Shown in pieces: positions 28,528-37,892 of a DNA stretch of 57,254 bases; within the stretch, counting starts at the first letter, position 1; each line of letters starts with the position of its first letter. The position numbers and the translations under genes were made by a program. A model generated the notes under the pieces. The model searched no databases, was not told the DNA's origin, and worked only from the letters and a program-made list of their open reading frames with translations. This DNA comes from an uncultured virus (IMG/VR IMGVR_UViG_3300034374_009411). Lineage: Duplodnaviria; Heunggongvirae; Uroviricota; Caudoviricetes. The stretch lies in IMG/VR virus record IMGVR_UViG_3300034374_009411; one strand, given 5' to 3'.

Positions 28528-30972
28528 TTATCCAATAGTGACATACTTTGTTTTTTCAACAACCGCTATAGTAGTTGTTGATGGTTGTTCATAGGATGCA
28601 TTGGAACTAACTTTATCTGCTGTTGATTTTTTATCTGCTGTTTCTATATTTGCTTTGTTATCTTTTTTAAGTGGGTGAGTATTTACCCAATTTCCAGGAT
28701 CAATTTCAGATCCTTGTGGTCCAATCTCCCAATGGACGTGAGGACCTTCACTTTTTCCTGTACTACCTACTCTACCAAGAGAATCTCCCTGTTTAAATTC
28801 CTGCCCAACTTTTAATGGGGATGGTCCAACCATGTGTCCATAAAAATGAGTCTGTCCATACACAGAATCTTTCCACTCAATATAATAACCATATGAACGA
28901 TCGTATGCAGCCCTAGTAACTTTTCCTGGTAAATAAGCATATAAAGGTGTTCCTGAAGGTGCAGCAATATCATATCCTCTATGATTGCTCCTAGTGCTTC
29001 TTCTATAACCCTTTCCAGATATTAAACTTGCATTGGCTCCCTTTCCAAAAGGACTATATGAAACTGTCAATGGAGCATTTTCTCTTCCACCATATGCTAC
29101 AGTTCCACTAGTTCCAGATATTCTAGCAAATTTATCACTTCCAGACAGTGGTGCAGCAGAAGGAAGTGTCGATCCTGGTCTTCTTCTTCCACTAGTTCCT
29201 CTAGTTGCCCTATCAAATCTCACCCCCGTCAATCTTTCAAAAAATGAAGTAAATGCATCAGAGATTCCATATTCTTTTTTTCCAAAAACTTTTACATCCA
29301 TAAAAGCATTGTTTATTTCATCATTAAACTTACTCTTTAATGATTTAAATATTATCTTCTTTCTTTCCGTTTCAATACTCTCTACAGATCCACCAGATGA
29401 AAGTTTTTGTGTAGTATTGAGAGGATCTCTATAAAAATCTATAATTGATGCAAAAGATTCCGATAAATCAGAGATTGATCTATCAGATGGTTTTTGTCCC
29501 AGAGACAAATCTAAACCAATAGACGCAATTTTGGATAGGAAGGTATTGTCTTTTTTCTTTAACCTTTTTGATGCTTTAGATATTCCAGTTATTAAAGAAT
29601 AATTGTCATCATAAAGTTCATTTAAATTGTTTCTACCAATACTCTTTCCTGGAATAGTATCATCTGGTTTAAAATCTTTTATTGTTTTCTTAGTCTTAGT
29701 CTTATTATCTTTGACTTTTTTATTTGTACTTCCTCCACCAGACTTTGATTGAACTTCTTTAGAATCAGATCCAACAAGGACATTATAAAGACTTACGCCT
29801 ATCTGATCACCAATCAATCCACCAAGCAATGAACCAATAGCTACTCCAGCAGAACCAGCAATTATATTGCCAATAAAAGGAACAACACTACCAGCAACAC
29901 CACCTATAGTACCTCCTATCCAGGCACCAAGTGCTTGTCCAGCAGCAGCTCCAACTGCACCTGCAGCTGCTTTACCAAGTGGTTCCTTAAATATAAGAGT
30001 TCTTATACCAAAATCAATAAGTGGACCAACAATTGGAATCTTGCCAGCGATTTTACCAGCAGTCTTTCCAGCAACTTTAGTAACTCCTTTTTGAACAGCT
30101 TTTTGAACACCGCTCTGAGGTACTCTTCCAGGTGCTCCTCCAGTTGGTGTTGGTGCTCCTCCAGTTGGTGTTGGTGTTCTGGACGGTCTGTTTAATCTAT
30201 CTAAATTCCTTCCACCAAATCTTTCCCTAAATGCCCTATCACCATATCTTTGCCTATATCTTTGCTGAGTTCTAGTGTTTACTCTCCTACCACTTCTATC
30301 AAAACCCTTCCTTTCTGGTCCGTTAAATCTTCTATTGAGAGGATTACTTCCCCCAGAAGAGACCATCATTGCAATTATAGCAATGTTAGCAAATTTTGTA
30401 AAAGCACTTAAAAAGTTATTTAATTTTTTCTGAGCATCTTCACCAAAAACATTTTTAACTGTGTTTGATATTGTATCAATAGTATTATAAGCAAATTCTA
30501 TTCCTGTTGCTACTTTATCAAGAATTCCAGCAGCAAAATCAAATATAAATTGACCTACTGGTTTCAAAAACTTAATTATTCCAAGTAATTTTGGTAATAA
30601 TTTTACCAACCTAAGAACCAAAAATCCAGCTAATATAGAACCCAAAAATTGTTTTGCTCTATCAATTAAACTCAAACCAGGAATAAACTTTCTAAATTTA
30701 TCAAATTTATTAACTTTTTTTCTACTTTCCTTTTTGTCTTCTCTAGTATTCCTTCGCGTTCTTTCAAGATCTCTTCTAGACAACTCCAATTGTCTTACAT
30801 TTATTTTTATACTTTTTTTAAGTACATCTTCAATTTTTACTACATTTTCCTTTATGTTGGATATATCTTCAGCAACTTTAAAAAAACCAGAAGAATAAAA
30901 AGTATTAGATCCACTAGAAGCAGAAGGATCTTTAGATGGATTTAATAATTTTTTGGGATCTATAACTGCCAT
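28528..30972 (-). CDS. Tape-measure/gp29-like protein with C-terminal M23 (LytM) peptidase
   Basis: Coiled-coil, hydrophobic and Gly-zipper segments; HRGYD...YGHM...GPHVHWEI zinc-ligand motifs. Confidence 0.75.
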   Translation of the reverse strand: MAVIDPKKLLNPSKDPSASSGSNTFYSSGFFKVAEDISNIKENVVKIEDVLKKSIKINVRQLELSRRDLERTRRNTREDKKESRKKVNKFDKFRKFIPGLSLIDRAKQFLGSILAGFLVLRLVKLLPKLLGIIKFLKPVGQFIFDFAAGILDKVATGIEFAYNTIDTISNTVKNVFGEDAQKKLNNFLSAFTKFANIAIIAMMVSSGGSNPLNRRFNGPERKGFDRSGRRVNTRTQQRYRQRYGDRAFRERFGGRNLDRLNRPSRTPTPTGGAPTPTGGAPGRVPQSGVQKAVQKGVTKVAGKTAGKIAGKIPIVGPLIDFGIRTLIFKEPLGKAAAGAVGAAAGQALGAWIGGTIGGVAGSVVPFIGNIIAGSAGVAIGSLLGGLIGDQIGVSLYNVLVGSDSKEVQSKSGGGSTNKKVKDNKTKTKKTIKDFKPDDTIPGKSIGRNNLNELYDDNYSLITGISKASKRLKKKDNTFLSKIASIGLDLSLGQKPSDRSISDLSESFASIIDFYRDPLNTTQKLSSGGSVESIETERKKIIFKSLKSKFNDEINNAFMDVKVFGKKEYGISDAFTSFFERLTGVRFDRATRGTSGRRRPGSTLPSAAPLSGSDKFARISGTSGTVAYGGRENAPLTVSYSPFGKGANASLISGKGYRRSTRSNHRGYDIAAPSGTPLYAYLPGKVTRAAYDRSYGYYIEWKDSVYGQTHFYGHMVGPSPLKVGQEFKQGDSLGRVGSTGKSEGPHVHWEIGPQGSEIDPGNWVNTHPLKKDNKANIETADKKSTADKVSSNASYEQPSTTTIAVVEKTKYVTIG
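30131..30172. repeat. Perfect 21-nt tandem duplication (TPTGGAP x2)
   Basis: ggtgctcctccagttggtgtt twice. Confidence 0.8.
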
Positions 30973-33605
30973 TACCTTACACCATAAATTCCATAGGTTT
31001 GTATAAGCATGGATCTAGTATTACTTGGATATACTGCAGGGAAACTTGTATCAAGATCTCTCTTACCAACACTCTTTTGTGATCTTAATTTTTGAATTTC
31101 TTCATTTGCAATATGTACCACATTTACTTTGGGTTTTGGTGGGGGAGGAATGGTTTGAGTTGCCACACTCTTTTCTTTACTGATAGTTGCTGGTAAAACT
31201 TTATTAGCAGTTTGATTTATGGTAGAAGAAGTAAATTGATTTTTATTTTGAAGTGATACTTTACCAGAATCAATTCTATTTGATTCTGTACTTTGCACTA
31301 TATTTTGATTTTGTTCTTGTTTGCTATTGTCAACAGAAACCATTTTTGTAAATGGTTGTATGTACTTATCTGCAGATAAAGATTTCTCAATCCCTCCAAG
31401 AGATTCTTTACCAGATAATGTCGTAGTATCTTGATTATTGATATTATTGATTACTGATGTTGATTTATTTAAAGCACTTTTATAATCCGAACTTACAAAT
31501 TTATTAGTATCTATCCTATTATTCACTTCTCTATTATTGATATTGGTAGATAAATTATTAAAGATATCCCCACCAATAAAATTACTATTCCTAATATTTT
31601 TTACATTTGATACTTGATCCGATTCAAAAGTATTATTTACATCTGCATTAAAATTATCAACTTTTTTATTAGTAGTTAAATTTAGATCAGACAAATATGA
31701 AGGATTATTTGAAGATATGTTTTGAATATTATTCACAAAATATTTTGAAATATTATTATTTTGTGAATCAAATCCCATTTGAGTTGGTCTAATTTTACTA
31801 ATATTGGAAATATTATTATTTACATTTTCAATTATACTTCTATTATTTGTAGAAGGACCTATCATTCCTCCACCAGAAGCTAGTTGTATTCCACTTGCGA
31901 TTTTAGGAGCATTTGTTCCGCCACCAGATTTATTTAAAGATAAGAAGAAATCAGAACCATACTTATTAACAGCAGAATTTGATATTACAATCTCTCCTGG
32001 TTCCAGTGCAGTAAGTTGGGTATCTTTTCCTGCACCCTTTATCCTTACACCAGTTTGATTAGTAACTTTCCCGCCAGGGAATTTCGAAATTGTTTCTTGT
32101 GGTGATTTTGGTATCTCTCCACCACCAGAATATTTTTTAGTCTCTCCCGTCTCCAATCTATAAATCTGCTCATCAATTTCTGATCCAACTCCTTGCATTT
32201 TTTGCATTGGATTCAGATTTTCTTTCTGTTTTTTTAATGCTTCTATTTTTTCTTCTTTAGTGCCAGGAGCAGATTCTGTTTTTCTCTCTTCGGAATCAAC
32301 AGTACCTGGGAACAACATTGGTATAGTTGCTCCTGCTGTAAATAATCCAACCGCTGCTGCTGCTTTTGGATTCTTCTTAATCAAATTCATAGCAGCAGGT
32401 ATTCCCTTCCGCAATATTGTGAAGGTTAGTTTAACCAAAGTTCCAATAACAGTTCTTACAAGTTTTCCTATTGTAGTTCCAAATAACAAATATCCTGCAA
32501 TTAAAGCAGGTCCCCAATCTTTTAAAAATCTAAGAATAGCATCAACTTTTCCCTTATTTTTAGGGTCACTCATCCATCTGAATAATTTTAATACAATTCT
32601 TCCAAGAATTACTGTAGTTATAAACTTCAGCAATTTCTCAAATATATTTTTTACTGGTCCAAGAACCTTATTAGCTAATTTTAATGCTCCCTTACCAATA
32701 GACTCTAATCTAGATTCATTTTTCTGCCTTTTACCCCTCTCTGAAGATTTGCGAACATTATCTATCTGTTTTTTAAATAAATCACTCTGTTTTTGCATCA
32801 ATTCAAGTATGTTAGCAACAGAATCTCTGATTGCTGCAATATCTTCTGCAAATTTAGAAAAACCAGTTTGGTTTTGATTTTGCTGCTCTAAATCTGGAGT
32901 TTTTACAGATTCTGGATTTATAATTGCACTTGATGCAAGTGTTATAGGACTTCCAAATTGATCCCTATATTTTTTATTGATTTTAAATCTACCAACAAGT
33001 CCTTTAACTCTAACATATTCATCCCTCAATAACATCTGCTCTTCTCTAGGAAGAGAATCAGTCCCCATATTAACTCTAACCAGATACTCCTTTAAAAGAG
33101 TTCTGTAAGTTGCATAGTCAATATCAAAGGTATCTTCTAGTCCAAGAATTCTCAAAATTCTTTCATCAATTTCCTCATTAACTAAATCTTCCTCACGAAC
33201 ACCATCATACATCCTGTCTTCTCCTTCATCTGGAGATTTATTTACAGGAACGATTGTAGAAGAATCTATCTTTTCTGTAGATTCAGTTGGTTCTTCTGGC
33301 AGTTCTATTTTATCATTATCATTTACATAATATTCCCAAAGATAAATTATGTACTTATTATATGACTCATACTCTTCTGGAGAAGATGGTCTTGAAAATT
33401 TTGGAGAAGGATAATCTTTTTCAGACTTATCCCAAGAAGACATGAATATATCAACTACTCTATCAGCATCTATATTGAATGTATTTTCAAGTAAGTATTT
33501 TGAATATTCAAGTTTAGATAATATTATAGCTCTCCACATTCCCATACGCCTACTAATGGTGGCGTATGGTATATACTCTTCAATATAGTCTGGTTTAAGA
33601 TCCAT
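30972..33605 (-). CDS. Tape-measure/gp29-like protein
   Basis: Helical and hydrophobic segments; GGKV..GAGKDTQLTALEPGEIVI...AVNKYG motif; Asn-rich C-terminal region. Confidence 0.6.
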   Translation of the reverse strand: MDLKPDYIEEYIPYATISRRMGMWRAIILSKLEYSKYLLENTFNIDADRVVDIFMSSWDKSEKDYPSPKFSRPSSPEEYESYNKYIIYLWEYYVNDNDKIELPEEPTESTEKIDSSTIVPVNKSPDEGEDRMYDGVREEDLVNEEIDERILRILGLEDTFDIDYATYRTLLKEYLVRVNMGTDSLPREEQMLLRDEYVRVKGLVGRFKINKKYRDQFGSPITLASSAIINPESVKTPDLEQQNQNQTGFSKFAEDIAAIRDSVANILELMQKQSDLFKKQIDNVRKSSERGKRQKNESRLESIGKGALKLANKVLGPVKNIFEKLLKFITTVILGRIVLKLFRWMSDPKNKGKVDAILRFLKDWGPALIAGYLLFGTTIGKLVRTVIGTLVKLTFTILRKGIPAAMNLIKKNPKAAAAVGLFTAGATIPMLFPGTVDSEERKTESAPGTKEEKIEALKKQKENLNPMQKMQGVGSEIDEQIYRLETGETKKYSGGGEIPKSPQETISKFPGGKVTNQTGVRIKGAGKDTQLTALEPGEIVISNSAVNKYGSDFFLSLNKSGGGTNAPKIASGIQLASGGGMIGPSTNNRSIIENVNNNISNISKIRPTQMGFDSQNNNISKYFVNNIQNISSNNPSYLSDLNLTTNKKVDNFNADVNNTFESDQVSNVKNIRNSNFIGGDIFNNLSTNINNREVNNRIDTNKFVSSDYKSALNKSTSVINNINNQDTTTLSGKESLGGIEKSLSADKYIQPFTKMVSVDNSKQEQNQNIVQSTESNRIDSGKVSLQNKNQFTSSTINQTANKVLPATISKEKSVATQTIPPPPKPKVNVVHIANEEIQKLRSQKSVGKRDLDTSFPAVYPSNTRSMLIQTYGIYGVR

Positions 33606-33762
33606 TCTGCTGCTGCTTTAATTTTTCTTCTTCAAGATGAGCCGCTAATAGAGCAACATAAACATCTCTCTCCCATGGAATCAGATTTTCAATTTCAGTT
33701 AATGAGTATTTATGGTATTGTAAGAGAGCAAAATTTAATTTATAATAATTCTCCAAATCCAT
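33595..33762 (-). CDS. gp51: Baseplate hub assembly catalyst gp51
   Basis: Not in the track. MDLENYYKLNFALLQYHKYSLTEIENLIPWERDVYVALLAAHLEEEK is the gp51 signature. Confidence 0.85.
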   Translation of the reverse strand: MDLENYYKLNFALLQYHKYSLTEIENLIPWERDVYVALLAAHLEEEKLKQQQNGS

Positions 33763-33773
33763 GTGAGCGAGAG

Positions 33774-34493
33774 CTATGCGAAAAAATCAGATAGACCCTC
33801 CAATACTACTTTGCTTTTAACGCTTGTATTTGGATTAGTAATTTCAATCTCGTGAGTTAGTTTTGGCATTGTCTCAAAAAATAACTCAATTTTTTTAAAC
33901 TGTTCAGAATTCATTTGTTCCAAAAAAGAAATAAGTTCTTTTTTAGTTGTATCTGATGCAGCCCAACTTTCTTCTTCTGTGTAAATTTGATCTATACACG
34001 AAGCAATCAAATCAAAAGATTGCTCGATACTATTTTTTGCATTAAAATCAAAATTATTTTTAATGAATTGATCCAGTGAAGGATACTTCATCTCCATTGC
34101 AATGGTATCATCTATTTTAATTTGATTTGTGTGTTCATCCAATTTTTTCACTGAAATATCGTCAATATTGATTTTAACTGGTACTACAGTTTCATTATCA
34201 TCTGGACATATAATATTTACATCCAACTCTTCACCAACTGACTTACCTCTAATATTCAAAAATAAATATTCAATATCAAAAGTTGGAAGTTTTTCAACCT
34301 TTACGTTTTTAGTAAGAACACAATTTCTTATAACATTTTTAATTGCAGAAGTGATTTGTTTGGTATCTTCACTTTCCAATGCAATTACTAAGAGTTTTTC
34401 CTCTTTTACCAAAAAAGGTCTGTATTCAATCAAATCTCCAGTAGAAGGAATTTCAAGCTCATATGTTGGAGTAGATATTGTAGGCAATGGCAT
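33774..34493 (-). CDS. gp26: Baseplate hub assembly protein gp26
   Basis: MPLP...PTYELEIPS..YRPFLVKEEK..FDIEYLFLNIRGKSVGE..LEGLSDFF. Confidence 0.9.
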   Translation of the reverse strand: MPLPTISTPTYELEIPSTGDLIEYRPFLVKEEKLLVIALESEDTKQITSAIKNVIRNCVLTKNVKVEKLPTFDIEYLFLNIRGKSVGEELDVNIICPDDNETVVPVKINIDDISVKKLDEHTNQIKIDDTIAMEMKYPSLDQFIKNNFDFNAKNSIEQSFDLIASCIDQIYTEEESWAASDTTKKELISFLEQMNSEQFKKIELFFETMPKLTHEIEITNPNTSVKSKVVLEGLSDFFA

Positions 34494-34522
34494 AATTTTC
34501 AAAATAAAAATCAGGTTATATT

Positions 34523-34530
34523 TATTTATA
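34523..34530 (-). promoter_or_regulatory. T4 late promoter TATAAATA
   Basis: Exact consensus 30 nt upstream of gp26. Confidence 0.75.
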
Positions 34531-34544
34531 ACTGATTTTTTAAA

Positions 34545-35384
34545 TTATCTACCACTTGGTCTAATTGAACCCCTAGGTGCGCTAGCAGCATCCCTATTTT
34601 GAGCAGATTGTCTTAAAGAGTTCTCTCTTGCTTGTTTTCTAGCATCTTCAAGTTGTTGCTGACTATATCTCCAAGAATTGCTCTGTTCTTCTCCATCTAC
34701 TCCTGGAGTTGAAGGTCTATCAGTTTGTGGTTGAGATAACTCAGTACTATAAACTTCTCTTTTAATATAATATCTACTATAACTAATACTAACAGTAGCT
34801 TTTAAGGTATCAGATGCATCATAACTAATTGGCATAGATGATATTGATAATGGAAATGCTTCTGTAAAATAATATCCTAAAAACTCTTTAGATCCCGAAG
34901 TTACTTTTGATCCCAAATCTCTTTCATATTTTGCAATTCTAATCTCAGATTTATAGTCTGTAGGATATCTTATCCTAGTATAAAAATCTGGACCATCCAT
35001 TCTACCAATAATATCTTCACCAGAAGCATACTTCATCCACATTTCAAAAAATCTAATTTGTTGGTAGTTACTATCTTTAGTAACTAAAAAAGTAAGATCT
35101 ATAGAATTATCATACATTCTTCTATAAATGTTTTTTTGGGAAACTCCCATATAATCATTATCAATATCTATTGTCGCTAGTTGAGATCCTGGTAAAGAAG
35201 CTTCTATACAAGTCAATTCAAATAGTTCTTTATCATAGTCTAACCCCAATTCAGAATTTATCTGACTTAATAAATTTGATGGAGGTACAATATCAACACT
35301 ATAAAAAGATGTAAGAGCTGGATTCAATATCCTGCTCTTAAGAGTGCTCATATTAACACCAGGATTTACTGGTATATTTGACAT
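34545..35384 (-). CDS. Tail-tube family protein (gp19/gp54-like)
   Basis: C.EASLPG...R.Y..I.LTF..FFE.W..YP.DY..EAFP.SI..YD..TV..SY tube-fold pattern. Confidence 0.7.
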   Translation of the reverse strand: MSNIPVNPGVNMSTLKSRILNPALTSFYSVDIVPPSNLLSQINSELGLDYDKELFELTCIEASLPGSQLATIDIDNDYMGVSQKNIYRRMYDNSIDLTFLVTKDSNYQQIRFFEMWMKYASGEDIIGRMDGPDFYTRIRYPTDYKSEIRIAKYERDLGSKVTSGSKEFLGYYFTEAFPLSISSMPISYDASDTLKATVSISYSRYYIKREVYSTELSQPQTDRPSTPGVDGEEQSNSWRYSQQQLEDARKQARENSLRQSAQNRDAASAPRGSIRPSGR

Positions 35385-35426
35385 CTAAATACAAGTGTAT
35401 ACGTTATATTATATGTAGACAACTTA

Positions 35427-35870
35427 ATGAACGAAAGTATTAAAAGTAAGTATAAACCTTCATATCCCAAAAAATATAAGGGAAATCCCAACAATATTAT
35501 TTGTAGGAGTAGTTGGGAGAGAAAATTTTGTTCTTACTGTGACTTAAATGAAAATATAATAGAATGGGCAAGTGAAGAATTCTTTATTCCTTACGTCTCT
35601 CCAATAGACAACAAAGTCCATAGATATTTTCCAGATTTTATTATAAAAGTTAAAGAGAGTAAAGGTTCAATAAAAACCTATGTTGTCGAAATAAAACCCA
35701 AAAGGCAAACTATTGCACCAGTAAAAAAATCAAGAGTCACAAAATCTTTTATACATGAATGCAAAACTTATGCCATAAATCAAGCAAAATGGAAAGCAGC
35801 AGATGAATGGTGTAAGGATAGATTGTTGGAATTTAAAATAATAACAGAAGATAACCTAGGTATAAAGTAA
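35427..35870 (+). CDS. gp4: Head completion protein gp4 (TnsA-like nuclease fold)
   Basis: KYKGNP..IICRSSWERKFC..WASEE..IPY.SP..HRYFPDF..EIKP. Confidence 0.9.
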   Translation: MNESIKSKYKPSYPKKYKGNPNNIICRSSWERKFCSYCDLNENIIEWASEEFFIPYVSPIDNKVHRYFPDFIIKVKESKGSIKTYVVEIKPKRQTIAPVKKSRVTKSFIHECKTYAINQAKWKAADEWCKDRLLEFKIITEDNLGIK

Positions 35871-36512
35871 ATGCCAAAAAATACTCTTTTCGAAGATCTA
35901 AGAGAAGAAGTGCAGTATGAAGAAGGAAGGTCTCCTTTCTTTTATAGGAGAGCATTTAAAAGATTAACTCAAAAATATATTGGTAGAGAAAATAAACTAA
36001 TACTTGAAGAAAAATTAGACTCTACAGAAGAAGAAGAAAATCAAGATAAAAATGTATTAAGAAGATATCCAAGAACTGGTCACATATACTTATTTGAATA
36101 CAAAACAGAAGAAAAAAATTTAAGTATATTTGACCCCTTTCCTTTAGTATATGTAATCAAGTTTAATAGTAAAGAATTTACAGGATGCAATTTACACCTA
36201 ATACATCCAAATAAAAGAAAATATGTAATAGATAATTTAAAAAACGATAAAATTACTTTACCGTATAATACAATATCTAAATATATAATATCACAAGTTG
36301 ATGGTTTATTATTGGATATTGCATTTGATGAGTGGGAAGTTGCATCAAATTTACCTATAGAAAATTTGATCTCTATAAAAGATGGTAAAAGAAGAGATCT
36401 TCCTTTATTTGATGTTTGGAAAGAAAAAAACAAAACATTTAGAAAAATGTTAGTTGGAACTAGGATCTATAAATCTTATGGATCAAAAGAACAAAACTTT
36501 AAAGGCAATTAA
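35871..36512 (+). CDS. DNA end-protector gp2-like protein
   Basis: G.IYLF.Y..FDPFPLV..F.G.NLH motif; position between gp4 and gp48. Confidence 0.6.
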   Translation: MPKNTLFEDLREEVQYEEGRSPFFYRRAFKRLTQKYIGRENKLILEEKLDSTEEEENQDKNVLRRYPRTGHIYLFEYKTEEKNLSIFDPFPLVYVIKFNSKEFTGCNLHLIHPNKRKYVIDNLKNDKITLPYNTISKYIISQVDGLLLDIAFDEWEVASNLPIENLISIKDGKRRDLPLFDVWKEKNKTFRKMLVGTRIYKSYGSKEQNFKGN

Positions 36513-36514
36513 AA

Positions 36515-37891
36515 ATGGCTGAACCAGCAGCAAAAGAAGTAACTATAGACGGAAAAAAGGCTTGGGTATCAAAACCAAGACCATTAAAAAATACTGGTGC
36601 AAAAGTATCAACGGTATTTTTTCCAGATACTGGAAGAACAGTATTGGTACAAAGAACCTACGCGGCTTTTGGTGGGTTGTTGGATGTAGATCTTAACAAA
36701 ACTCTTGCCGAAAAAAAGGATGATACATGGGAACCAGGACCAAATGCAGCAAACGATTATTTGGGTGTAAAAAAAGATTTAGAAGAAGATTCAAATTATA
36801 CTAGCGCATTAAATTCTTCGGTAGAAAGCACTATAAAAACAGTGTATGCAGAAAAAAATGATGGTAAACTACCGACCCCAAATCAAATAACATTAATATC
36901 AAAAGGAAAGGGGGTAGTAAATGCAGATGAAAAAGATTCTAAAGACAACCAAGATCCTGATCAACAAGAACCAGCAACTATAAATGATGGAGTATCTGGT
37001 TTAACTGATGTAACCGATGCTTTTTCTGCGTTATCAGAACAAATTAAAGCAGAATCTGCATCAGTAAGATCTTTAGATAGATTATCCTATCCAGAAAATT
37101 TTCCAGAAAACATGGATTACATAATATTTGAATCCAAATCTTATGGAACAAAAACATTTGATTCATCTACATTCGGATTCGGATCAAGAACAAACGAATC
37201 TATAGGTGAATCTATAAAATTACCAATACAACCATCAATATCTGATGGAAATAGTGTTGGATGGAATGAACAAACAATGAATCCAGCACAAATAGCAGGG
37301 GCTGATCTTGCTATAGGTGGGATAACTGGTGGAGCAGAGGGTTTTATAAATTCACTATCAAATAAAATTGCAGCTGGTCAAGGTGCATCTACAGATGTAG
37401 AAGCTGCTATTATCGCATACTTTACACAACAAGCAACTGGTGCTCAAATATTACCCAAACTTGGTGGAGCAGTATTTAATCCAAATACCGAATTGTTATT
37501 CCAAGGTCCACAATTAAGACCTTTTAATTTTACATTTAAACTGACACCAAGATCAGATACGGAATCAGAAAGAGTTAAGAAAATAATAGGATTTTTTAAG
37601 CGTAATATGGCAGCAAAAACCAGTAACTCTCAACTATACTTAAAAGCACCAAATGTATTTGGAATAAGATATTATTTAAATGGACAAGAAGATCATCCTG
37701 GAATTAATTTAATTAAAGATTGTGCTTTGCAATCATGTGTAGTAAATTACACTCCACAAGGAAGTTATATGGCATATAAAGATGGTGGAATGGCATCATA
37801 TGACATATCATTACAGTTCATGGAGTTAGAACCAGTATACTCCAAAGATTATGATGATGATAGAGCAGCAAACCATCTAATAGGATACTAA
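36515..37891 (+). CDS. gp48: Baseplate tail-tube cap gp48
   Basis: LPI..ISD.N.V.W; NPNTELLFQGPQLRPFNFTFKL.PRS; C.VNYTP.G.Y; L.F.ELEP. Confidence 0.85.
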   Translation: MAEPAAKEVTIDGKKAWVSKPRPLKNTGAKVSTVFFPDTGRTVLVQRTYAAFGGLLDVDLNKTLAEKKDDTWEPGPNAANDYLGVKKDLEEDSNYTSALNSSVESTIKTVYAEKNDGKLPTPNQITLISKGKGVVNADEKDSKDNQDPDQQEPATINDGVSGLTDVTDAFSALSEQIKAESASVRSLDRLSYPENFPENMDYIIFESKSYGTKTFDSSTFGFGSRTNESIGESIKLPIQPSISDGNSVGWNEQTMNPAQIAGADLAIGGITGGAEGFINSLSNKIAAGQGASTDVEAAIIAYFTQQATGAQILPKLGGAVFNPNTELLFQGPQLRPFNFTFKLTPRSDTESERVKKIIGFFKRNMAAKTSNSQLYLKAPNVFGIRYYLNGQEDHPGINLIKDCALQSCVVNYTPQGSYMAYKDGGMASYDISLQFMELEPVYSKDYDDDRAANHLIGY

Positions 37892-37892
37892 A

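Noticed and set aside
31100..31900. Asn-rich, very AT-rich stretch as a non-coding element or origin
   Set aside because: It stays in frame within the 877-aa ORF and shows no iterons; best explained as a low-complexity protein region.
364..34602. Many short plus-strand ORFs in the track
   Set aside because: Antisense shadows of long minus-strand genes, with no motifs, RBS or promoters; the same applies to those at 40451-56637.
35427..35870. TnsA-like transposase or mobile element
   Set aside because: This is the T4 core gene gp4 in its usual context; no terminal repeats or other Tn7 genes.
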